Of a stretch of 59,389 bases of DNA, positions 40,224 to 46,875 are shown one piece after another. Position 1 is the first letter of the stretch. Each line of letters begins with the position of its first letter. The notes below the pieces were generated by a model. That model saw only the letters and a list, made by a program, of their open reading frames with translations, was not told the origin of the DNA and did not search any database. The DNA is from a virus: positions 1 to 59,389 of IMG/VR virus record IMGVR_UViG_3300048912_000255; one strand, given 5' to 3'. The position numbers and the translations under genes are program-made.

Positions 40224-41261
40224 TTACTCATCATCGCCATCCTCGTCGTCCTCGTCAAGGCCGGGAACGTAGTCGCCCCCGTACTGCTGCCCGAAGGGCA
40301 TCTTCAGCACCCTGAAGTCCAGGTTCTCGATGGGGGTGCTCGGCAGAGGGTTGTAGGCCTTGAAGAAGTCCTTCTGCTCTCCGGCCTTCTCCCCCTTCTG
40401 GTAGTAGCTCCAACCCTCGAACCGCTTGGCGTGCTCGAACCCGAAGACCTCGGTATGCCAGCGCCGGCGGATGCGACGGTAGGTGTTGTAGGTCATGTCG
40501 CCGTAGGTCAGGCCCTGGGCGTCCTCCTTGCGGACCTTCATCAGCCACTGTCGGGTCATCTTGAGCGCCGGCGTGTTCTGGATCTCGTTGAACTCGTCGT
40601 CGGTCAGCTTGGTCGCGCCGGCGGTCAGCAGTCGACGGTACTTCTTCCGAGCCCAAGGATCCGGGTTGCAGAGCATCCAGGCCATGGACTTGAAGTTGTG
40701 CCACTGGATCGCCTCGTTCGTCCACACGAAGGCGATATCCTTGACGTCGATGCCGAGCTCGTGTGCGAGGTACTTGCCGGCCATCCAGGCGACCGAGAGG
40801 TCCAAGGCACCGATGTAGCCCAGGTAGCTGGTGCGGGAGTGCAGGTGGATCGTCGGCCGGGGCAGAGCCTTGTAGCTGAGGGAGATCATGCAGGAGCCCC
40901 AGCGTCGAGTCTCCTTGTTGCTGTGCCCGGTCGCGGCACCCCCTCGGGGCTTCACGATCTTGGTCCGCATCAGCGCGATGCCCCGACCCTTCACCCCGAT
41001 CTTGCTCGTGCACTGGTCCAGCCAGGCCTGGAGAGCATCGGCGTCGAGGTACTGGTTGACCATCATCGACCACCGCTGAGGGGTGAGCCACAGCGTCTTG
41101 AGGTCGAACTCCCAGTCCATCGAGTCGGCCACGCCGATGACGTCGTGGATCTGAACATCCACGTTGGAGATAACGTCGAGCTCCTCAGCGGGGGCCTCGA
41201 CCAGCGAGAGGATCATCTTGGTGTGGAGGTCCGTCATGGTGGCGGCCTGATACGTGCGCAT
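40224..41261 (-). CDS. Highly divergent thymidylate-synthase-fold paralogue with a C-terminal extension and acidic tail
   Basis: MRTYQ start (paralogue starts MRVYQ). TRRWGSCMISLSY...HLHSRTSYLGYIGALDLSVAWM...DIAFVWTNEAIQWHNF parallels ThyA PCH...[18 protein letters not shown]...DFVWTGGDTHLYSNH. Confidence 0.55.
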   Translation of the reverse strand: MRTYQAATMTDLHTKMILSLVEAPAEELDVISNVDVQIHDVIGVADSMDWEFDLKTLWLTPQRWSMMVNQYLDADALQAWLDQCTSKIGVKGRGIALMRTKIVKPRGGAATGHSNKETRRWGSCMISLSYKALPRPTIHLHSRTSYLGYIGALDLSVAWMAGKYLAHELGIDVKDIAFVWTNEAIQWHNFKSMAWMLCNPDPWARKKYRRLLTAGATKLTDDEFNEIQNTPALKMTRQWLMKVRKEDAQGLTYGDMTYNTYRRIRRRWHTEVFGFEHAKRFEGWSYYQKGEKAGEQKDFFKAYNPLPSTPIENLDFRVLKMPFGQQYGGDYVPGLDEDDEDGDDE

Positions 41262-41264
41262 GGT

Positions 41265-41411
41265 TCACCAGATCTTGTAGAAGATGTGAAGGGTGCCGAC
41301 TATGAGGATCGTGGTGAGGGCGGCACTGAGAACCAGTACCGCCGCCGCCATGATGTCCCATACTGCGCCGGCGACTTCCCGAATCCGCTGGAGACGGGTG
41401 CCGGTGTTCAT
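41265..41411 (-). CDS. Small membrane protein (48 aa)
   Basis: Own translation MNTGTRLQRIREVAGAVWDIMAAAVLVLSAALTTILIVGTLHIFYKIW; AGGAG lies 4 nt before the ATG. Confidence 0.35.
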   Translation of the reverse strand: MNTGTRLQRIREVAGAVWDIMAAAVLVLSAALTTILIVGTLHIFYKIW

Positions 41412-41418
41412 GTAGCTC

Positions 41419-41898
41419 CTAGTAGCCGTTGCCCTGGCGCACCTGGTTCTTCTGGTGCATGCGGAAGTAGGACTCGTAGAGGTCGATGGGGGAGATGCCG
41501 GCCGTGATGCAGAACTCGAAGAAGAAGTGGGCCACGTCGCCGACCTCGTCCACGAAGGCCTTGACGTCGGTCGGGCGCTCGGTCTGCTTCCACGGCTTGT
41601 TCTTGAGCTCCTGCATGGCCTCGCTCACCTCGCGAACGAGGTAGCCGTACAGGTCGTGCAGCCGCTGCTGAACCCTGCGGGAGTCGAGGTCCCCGAGCTC
41701 GTCGGGCTCCAGCACGGTCGCGCCGTTGGCGAGCTCGATGTCGTGGTACTTGTGCATGAGCTCGCGCTGACCGGCGAACATCAGCTCCATCAGGTCACCT
41801 TCCATGTAGGGGAAGGTGCTGATCTGCCGCTCATACCGAGAGGCGGGGACCCCGGTGGTCGAGAGGGCCGGGGACTGATGCTGTGCGGGGACGGTCAT
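41419..41898 (-). CDS. Dimeric all-alpha dUTPase_2-type dNTP pyrophosphatase
   Basis: MELMFAGQRELM...REVSEAMQELKNKPWK...DEVGDVAHFFFEF...YFRMHQKNQVRQGNGY. Alternative start at 41805. Confidence 0.7.
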   Translation of the reverse strand: MTVPAQHQSPALSTTGVPASRYERQISTFPYMEGDLMELMFAGQRELMHKYHDIELANGATVLEPDELGDLDSRRVQQRLHDLYGYLVREVSEAMQELKNKPWKQTERPTDVKAFVDEVGDVAHFFFEFCITAGISPIDLYESYFRMHQKNQVRQGNGY

Positions 41899-42436
41899 AG
41901 GTAAAGCCCTCGTTTCGCTTGTCGAGCTCGCGCTGGAGCCAGCGGAGCATGTCGTCGTACAGGGTGGTCTGGTAGTTGAACAGCCGAGCGTTGCGCTGGC
42001 TGACGTCGATCGCCGCCCGAGCCACATAGCCCGCGTAGATCGCGCCGATCCGGCTCTTTACCGCGGCGTTGTCGGTGTCCTCGCGGTTCACATTCGCCCG
42101 GACCGTCTGGATCGGCGGCAGGCAGTAGATGATGATCGGGTCGCAGGCGTAGAACCTGGCGGTCATCTCCATCATCCATCCAGGGTCACAGAACCGAAGG
42201 TCCTGCCTCGACCGGGTCGCCGGCCCGTAGATGGGCTCCGAGATCAGACGATGGCGATCGAAGATCCGACGCTGGAAGCCGCAGCTGACGTTGTCTTCGG
42301 TCCACTGGGCCAGGTCGGTCATCGGGGTCATGTCGGAACTCACCACCTTGTCGGCGATGGGGATCCCGAGCTCCCTCGAGAGGCGAACGGCAAGCGAGGT
42401 CTTACCCGCGCCATCCGGCCCTTCGAAAATGATCAT
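41831..42436 (-). CDS. Thymidylate-kinase-like dNMP kinase
   Basis: MIIFEGPDGAGKTS P-loop at the in-frame ATG 42436. Confidence 0.75.
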   Translation of the reverse strand: MIIFEGPDGAGKTSLAVRLSRELGIPIADKVVSSDMTPMTDLAQWTEDNVSCGFQRRIFDRHRLISEPIYGPATRSRQDLRFCDPGWMMEMTARFYACDPIIIYCLPPIQTVRANVNREDTDNAAVKSRIGAIYAGYVARAAIDVSQRNARLFNYQTTLYDDMLRWLQRELDKRNEGFTYDRPRTASVPGPLDHRGPRLSV

Positions 42437-42603
42437 GGTGCATCCTCGCTGAAGACAACCGCGTCGATGAGCAGAACGTCTTCTTGGATCTTGTCGGGTG
42501 TGGGAACCGGGCAGACCAGGGGAACCCGGTCCATTGCCCTCAAGCGGGTGCATTTCTCAAGTGCCGCCCTCGTTGCCTTGTCCCCCTTGGTAACGAGTCG
42601 CAT
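42433..42603 (-). CDS. Small hypothetical protein (56 aa), first gene of the nucleotide operon
   Basis: AAGGAGG lies 6 nt before the ATG. Own translation MRLVTKGDKATRAALEKCTRLRAMDRVPLVCPVPTPDKIQEDVLLIDAVVFSEDAP; ATGA overlap with the kinase start. Confidence 0.45.
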   Translation of the reverse strand: MRLVTKGDKATRAALEKCTRLRAMDRVPLVCPVPTPDKIQEDVLLIDAVVFSEDAP

Positions 42604-42635
42604 AGCATCCTCCTTGGTCGAGGGCGGTAATAGAA

Positions 42636-42664
42636 ATACTACCCAATCCGGATCTTCGAGTCAA
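42636..42664 (-). promoter_or_regulatory. Promoter TTGACT-17-TAGTAT heading the nucleotide-metabolism operon
   Basis: Verified by codon arithmetic on ORF 42557..42769; the -35 box lies 17 nt after the helicase stop. Confidence 0.6.
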
Positions 42665-42680
42665 TCGACTCGGCACCCTA

Positions 42681-44171
42681 TCATTCTCGCAGGAGAAGCC
42701 GCTCAGGGGATGCCATGATTGCCTGGGCGACTTCCCCGTCTCCCTGCAGTGTTTCGTAGAGCAACTCATCCACCGTACCGTGCGCGATCAAGTACATGAA
42801 GATGGTGCTACGCTTTGACAGGGCGATCCGATCCTCGAACTGCGTGAAGCTAACGTAGCTCGGGGTCATGGAGAACCAGATGCAGATCGATGCCGAGCTA
42901 AGGTCGATACCCTCGGCGGCAGCCTGGGGCTGAGCGATGAAGCATGAGGGCCCGGGCCGCTCACGGAAGAGTCGGATGCTCTCGTCGCGATCTCGGCGCT
43001 TCACCCCGCCCCTTACGACATATGCGGGTACCTTGAGCTCCTCGCACATCCGTGCGATCGCTGCGATATCGCCAACGAATTGGGCACCCACGACCACCTT
43101 CTCATCCGCCTCAAAGAGGTCGGAGAGGAGATCTTTCATGACCTCGAGCTTTTCGTATCCCACACGAACGAGGCGGCCCTCGGGATACTGCTCGGTGGGC
43201 TCAGTTTTGGCGATGCCCGAGGTGATCTGACGAAGCCGAAGCGTCTGTACCAGGGCGATGGATGCCACCGTGATCTCGCCGGTCTGGATGCGAGCCACCA
43301 TCTCCTTCGCCATCTGCTCATAGTACGGGGCAGACTCGTGGAGCTTCACCGGGATTATCTGCTCTCGCCGAGGCGGCAGGTCGTAGCATTCCTCGCGACT
43401 GATGGCGAAGGCATCCTGATGGATCTGAGCGTGTAGATCATCCTCATTGATGTTCCTCAGCCACTGGGGGAAGCCGTTCCGAGTCGTCCACTGTCCATAG
43501 GTTTCCTTGAACGTGGTGAACGTCATGTTGAAGCGACTGGGGTTGAGAAACTTCCACTGAGAGTAGACGTCGAAGATCCGCTTCTTCTTCGTCACCACGG
43601 TACCGGTCATGATGACCCGGTACTCCGCCACCTTGCCCAGCTTGTGTAGCATCCTCGACTTAACCGCGGACGAAGACTTGATGCGGTGGGATTCGTCCAG
43701 GGCGATCAGGTTCGGCTGCCACCGAGCCAACGCCTTGAAAATGTCGAACCTGCCACCCCTTCGCTTGGATCGCAGCTTGTTGCCGTACTCGTCACTCTTG
43801 ATCACCGCCCCCGGTGTGGAGAGGGCATCGTAGTTGATGATCACGAAGTCCAGGGTGTCCTTGGCCGAATACTTCGGCAACTCGGCTCCCTGCTTACGCG
43901 ACTCCTTATCCCATGTTACGATACGGTAGGCGTGGGGGCAGTGCTGAGCGATCTGAGCCTCCCACACCCCGATGACGCCGAGGGGGCAGAAGATGAGGAC
44001 TCGCTTGATCTTGCCCGCCGAGTAGAGCGCGCCGGCATAGTCGATCAGGGTCTTGGTCTTGCCCGTGCGGGGAGCCATCAGGAGAGCTCCGCCGAACCCC
44101 GTCGACAACAGCTTCTTGATGGCCATGACCTGGTACCGGTAAGGCGTGGTCTTGAACTTGTACTTCGCCAT
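42681..44171 (-). CDS. SNF2-family helicase
   Basis: Motif I LLMAPRTGKTKT, motif II LDESHRIKS, and a C-terminal helicase domain. Start taken at MAKYKFK. Confidence 0.85.
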   Translation of the reverse strand: MAKYKFKTTPYRYQVMAIKKLLSTGFGGALLMAPRTGKTKTLIDYAGALYSAGKIKRVLIFCPLGVIGVWEAQIAQHCPHAYRIVTWDKESRKQGAELPKYSAKDTLDFVIINYDALSTPGAVIKSDEYGNKLRSKRRGGRFDIFKALARWQPNLIALDESHRIKSSSAVKSRMLHKLGKVAEYRVIMTGTVVTKKKRIFDVYSQWKFLNPSRFNMTFTTFKETYGQWTTRNGFPQWLRNINEDDLHAQIHQDAFAISREECYDLPPRREQIIPVKLHESAPYYEQMAKEMVARIQTGEITVASIALVQTLRLRQITSGIAKTEPTEQYPEGRLVRVGYEKLEVMKDLLSDLFEADEKVVVGAQFVGDIAAIARMCEELKVPAYVVRGGVKRRDRDESIRLFRERPGPSCFIAQPQAAAEGIDLSSASICIWFSMTPSYVSFTQFEDRIALSKRSTIFMYLIAHGTVDELLYETLQGDGEVAQAIMASPERLLLRE

Positions 44172-44266
44172 GGTTCCCTTCTTGCGTCCGTACCAGTTAC
44201 GGCCCACCACATACCGACCAGTATATCGGTGGTGTTTGACCCTGTCAGGTACGAAGAAGTCTTCGG

Positions 44267-44704
44267 CTAGAACGGCGCTTCCCCCTGACTCCCCTCGACC
44301 GGGGGCTCGTCGTAACTCACGACCGGGTACTCGACCAGCGGCACGAAGTGCCGGGTGCCGATCGCAACCTCCTCAGCGAGCGAGGGGTGTACGACGGGTC
44401 GGAAGGGCATGGATCGCTTAACCATGCGGTAGCCGGGGATCTCCAGGCCGGCCCGGATTCGGGCGGAGGTGACGCAGCCTCGACAAAGTTCCACCCCCTC
44501 CGGCAGGTCCCGCATGAAGATCGGGTGAGCCTTGTCGGAGAAGAGACCGCAGTACCAGCGAACTTGGTACTTGGTGGCACTCGGGTCGTCATCGTACCAG
44601 GTGACCTTGGAGAAGTCCAGGTCAACGAGGTGGGGTCGCCAGGACCTCGGCGTGCTACTCTTCGCATAGAGGTAGCGGAACTTCAGCGTGGTGGTATTGC
44701 GCAT
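44267..44704 (-). CDS. Hypothetical protein (145 aa)
   Basis: ORF track. Confidence 0.5.
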   Translation of the reverse strand: MRNTTTLKFRYLYAKSSTPRSWRPHLVDLDFSKVTWYDDDPSATKYQVRWYCGLFSDKAHPIFMRDLPEGVELCRGCVTSARIRAGLEIPGYRMVKRSMPFRPVVHPSLAEEVAIGTRHFVPLVEYPVVSYDEPPVEGSQGEAPF

Positions 44705-44771
44705 GGCAGTACCTTACCACGACCAGAGGGCTACCTCAATAGCAGGCAGCCCTCTGGAGAGAAGCCGAGAA

Positions 44772-45062
44772 TCAGTCGAAGTCCTTGCGCCCGGGCAGGA
44801 ATCGACCGATGAGGTTGCGTCCGAAGGCCCAGCGGGTACGGTAGCCGATCCCGATCACGTAAATCTTGTGGACCTTCTTGCAGGTCTTGCAGAGCGGTCG
44901 CTGTTCCTCAGCGTCGCGGTACCAGTGGTTGAAGTCACTGCGGTGGTCGCAGTCGCAGAACTCCGTGGGCGTCTCCCACACCCCGAGTACTCGACTGCCT
45001 GCCTTCTTGACGAAGTTCTCGGTGGCCTCGTCCTTGAGTTCCAGCAGCACCCAGTGCGTCAT
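44772..45062 (-). CDS. Hypothetical protein (96 aa from MTHWVLLEL), paralogue of the next gene
   Basis: ATGA overlap with the upstream stop. Shared pattern (W/Y)xLxE...AT...RV(L/V)G(V/L)(W/F)...C(D/E)C...CxxC. Confidence 0.5.
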   Translation of the reverse strand: MTHWVLLELKDEATENFVKKAGSRVLGVWETPTEFCDCDHRSDFNHWYRDAEEQRPLCKTCKKVHKIYVIGIGYRTRWAFGRNLIGRFLPGRKDFD

Positions 45063-45436
45063 CCCTGCCCCCTGTCCGTGGTCAGCTTGCCGTTCGGTCC
45101 GAGCACCCACCTCAGCGAGATGCTAACCGCGCGGAAGGCGAAGTGCTCTCGGCTGAGGTGGCGCTGGTCGAGGAGGTTCCAAAGGACCTGACCCGCACCG
45201 TTGCGGGGCTTGCCGCAGTTGGGGCAAATCATCCAGCCGAGCTTGGAACCCCGCACGTCGATAACGGAGTTCGTCTGAGGGTGCCGGGCCGGTGTGGGGC
45301 ACTCGCAGGCAACCAGCCCCCTCGAGAAGAGTCCCACCACCCTCATGCCCTTGGCCTCGCCGGCGCTATCGATCTGCGCGCGAAGCTTGTCGGCGGTGGC
45401 GTTCGAGTCGACCTCGATCAGCAGGTACCTAGCCAT
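45059..45436 (-). CDS. Hypothetical protein (125 aa), paralogue of the previous gene
   Basis: MARYLLIEVDSNATADKL...RVVGLFS...CEC...CPNCGK. Confidence 0.5.
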   Translation of the reverse strand: MARYLLIEVDSNATADKLRAQIDSAGEAKGMRVVGLFSRGLVACECPTPARHPQTNSVIDVRGSKLGWMICPNCGKPRNGAGQVLWNLLDQRHLSREHFAFRAVSISLRWVLGPNGKLTTDRGQG

Positions 45437-45674
45437 CGATCGGGTCCACCTCGAACTCGGTCGCGACCGCGTAGCCCTCGATGTCGCTGACCCAGTAGAT
45501 CTGCTCGGAGAAGCTGTACTGCAGGGCCTCGTAGATCTTCTCCTCGCCGATGCCCTTGACCTCCTGCATGGCGGAGACGGCCCCGATGATGCTGCCGAAC
45601 TCCCTTCGGGCGGACTCGTCCTCGCGGTAGTCGTGCTCCCCGTAGCCCACGTACTTGATCAGGTAAAACTTCAT
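45429..45674 (-). CDS. Hypothetical protein (81 aa from MKFYLIKY)
   Basis: GAAGGGGG lies 8 nt before the ATG at 45674; the track start is an upstream TTG. Confidence 0.5.
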   Translation of the reverse strand: MKFYLIKYVGYGEHDYREDESARREFGSIIGAVSAMQEVKGIGEEKIYEALQYSFSEQIYWVSDIEGYAVATEFEVDPIDG

Positions 45675-45709
45675 CGGGTCAGCCCCCTTCGTTGTTGAGT
45701 GATGGGGCA

Positions 45710-45738
45710 ATCATATGCTCGCGTATATGGGATGTCAA
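45710..45738 (-). promoter_or_regulatory. Promoter TTGACA-17-TATGAT (start of the replication gene block)
   Basis: Verified against ORF 45715..46182 codons. Divergent partner of the 45775 promoter. Confidence 0.65.
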
Positions 45739-45774
45739 TTACCCCGCATCTTTTCCCGTAACCGCCTGGCTGCC

Positions 45775-45803
45775 TTGACGATGCTTCACGGGAAGGATAT
45801 TGT
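45775..45803 (+). promoter_or_regulatory. Promoter TTGACG-17-TATTGT
   Basis: Verified against ORF 45715..46182 codons. Confidence 0.55.
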
Positions 45804-45869
45804 TGCCTCATCACCGAACGCCCCGCCAGGGCATTGCCGATATCCACACCAAGCGAAGGATTTGCCATC

Positions 45870-46535
45870 ATGGCTGCCACCACCCGCCGCACCCCGAAGA
45901 AGACGACCGCGACCAAGGCCAAGCCGGCGCCGACCCCCGAGGTCGAGGAGGACGAGCTGGAGGACCTGGTCGAGGCCGACGGCGACGGCGACATCGAGGA
46001 GGACCTGGAGGCCGACGAGCTCGAGGAGCTCGAGGAGGACGAGGTCGAGGAGTCCAAGCCCGCCGGCAAGAAGAAGTCCGCCGGTCGTGACGCCGGCATC
46101 ACCTTCGGTATCCGCGACCTCTGCGACCACATCAAGGCCGTCACCGGCAACGAGACCGACCCCCGCGCCATCCGCACCCTGATCCGCAAGATGGCCCGCG
46201 ACGAGTCCGGCCGAGTCAACCGCGAGATCAAGGCCGGCAACCGCGAGCGCTACAACTGGACCGGCCCGACCGACCCCGAGGTCGTCGCCATCGTCGCCGC
46301 CTTCAAGGGCGGGGAGCTCGAGGCCGAGAAGCAGGCCAAGCTCGCCAAGCTGAAGGCCGACAAGGCCGCGAAGGCCGCCGCCAAGAAGGCCGAGGAGGCC
46401 GACGAGGTCGAGACCGACGAGGCCGACGCCCCGGCCCCGAAGGCCCGCGCCAAGAAGACGACCCGCCGCGCGGCGAAGCCGGTCGAGGTCGAGGAGGTCG
46501 AGGACGACGAGGAGCTCGACTTCGACGAGGAGTAA
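45870..46535 (+). CDS. Paralogue family member 3 (221 aa from MAATTRR): basic/acidic N-terminal region, conserved domain, Lys/Ala helix, acidic tail
   Basis: ITFGIRDLCDHIKAVTGNETDPRAIRTLIRKMARDESGRVNREIKAGNRERYNWTGPTDPEVVAIVAAFK. Confidence 0.6.
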   Translation: MAATTRRTPKKTTATKAKPAPTPEVEEDELEDLVEADGDGDIEEDLEADELEELEEDEVEESKPAGKKKSAGRDAGITFGIRDLCDHIKAVTGNETDPRAIRTLIRKMARDESGRVNREIKAGNRERYNWTGPTDPEVVAIVAAFKGGELEAEKQAKLAKLKADKAAKAAAKKAEEADEVETDEADAPAPKARAKKTTRRAAKPVEVEEVEDDEELDFDEE

Positions 46536-46620
46536 GCGAATACCCGCCGCCGGCGGATGGGGTCAGGCTTTCAACGCCGCCTGACTTAAATGACCTGGCT
46601 TAGCAGGGCGCCCAACCAAG

Positions 46621-46687
46621 AGACCTGATCGAACTCGGTAACCCCCCCGCCGAGAACCCCGCGATCAGGTCTTCTTGGTGTGTGGGG
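46621..46687 (+). terminator. Long hairpin (11-bp outer stem AGACCTGATCG / CGATCAGGTCT) with a TCTTGGTGTGTGGGG tail
   Basis: Lies downstream of the 45870 gene. A smaller hairpin GTCAGGC/GCCTGAC lies at 46562-46585. Confidence 0.55.
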
Positions 46688-46828
46688 CATCATCGTCATC
46701 CCTGCGCTTCCCTGATCGCAAGGCTATCGCGCCCGCCTCATTCATCATGCAGCTAGTGCCCGCCCTGATAGACGCGATCCCAGCTGCTTCCAAAGCAGCT
46801 TGATGCATGATGCGATCGAGCAGGCGCG

Positions 46829-46869
46829 CACACCAAAATGCCCCTCCCACACCGCAGCATGAGAGGGGC
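46829..46869 (-). terminator. Rho-independent terminator after the fibre gene
   Basis: Minus strand reads GCCCCTC-(16 nt)-GAGGGGC then ATTTTGGTGTG. Verified against ORF 46807 codons. Confidence 0.65.
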
Positions 46870-46875
46870 GCTTGG

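Noticed and set aside
45671-46240. 189-aa minus-strand ORF (Ser-rich) and the 45715..46182 and 45800..46090 plus-strand ORFs
   Set aside because: These are alternative frames or the antisense strand of the 45870..46535 gene across its acidic repeat region. They have low-complexity products.
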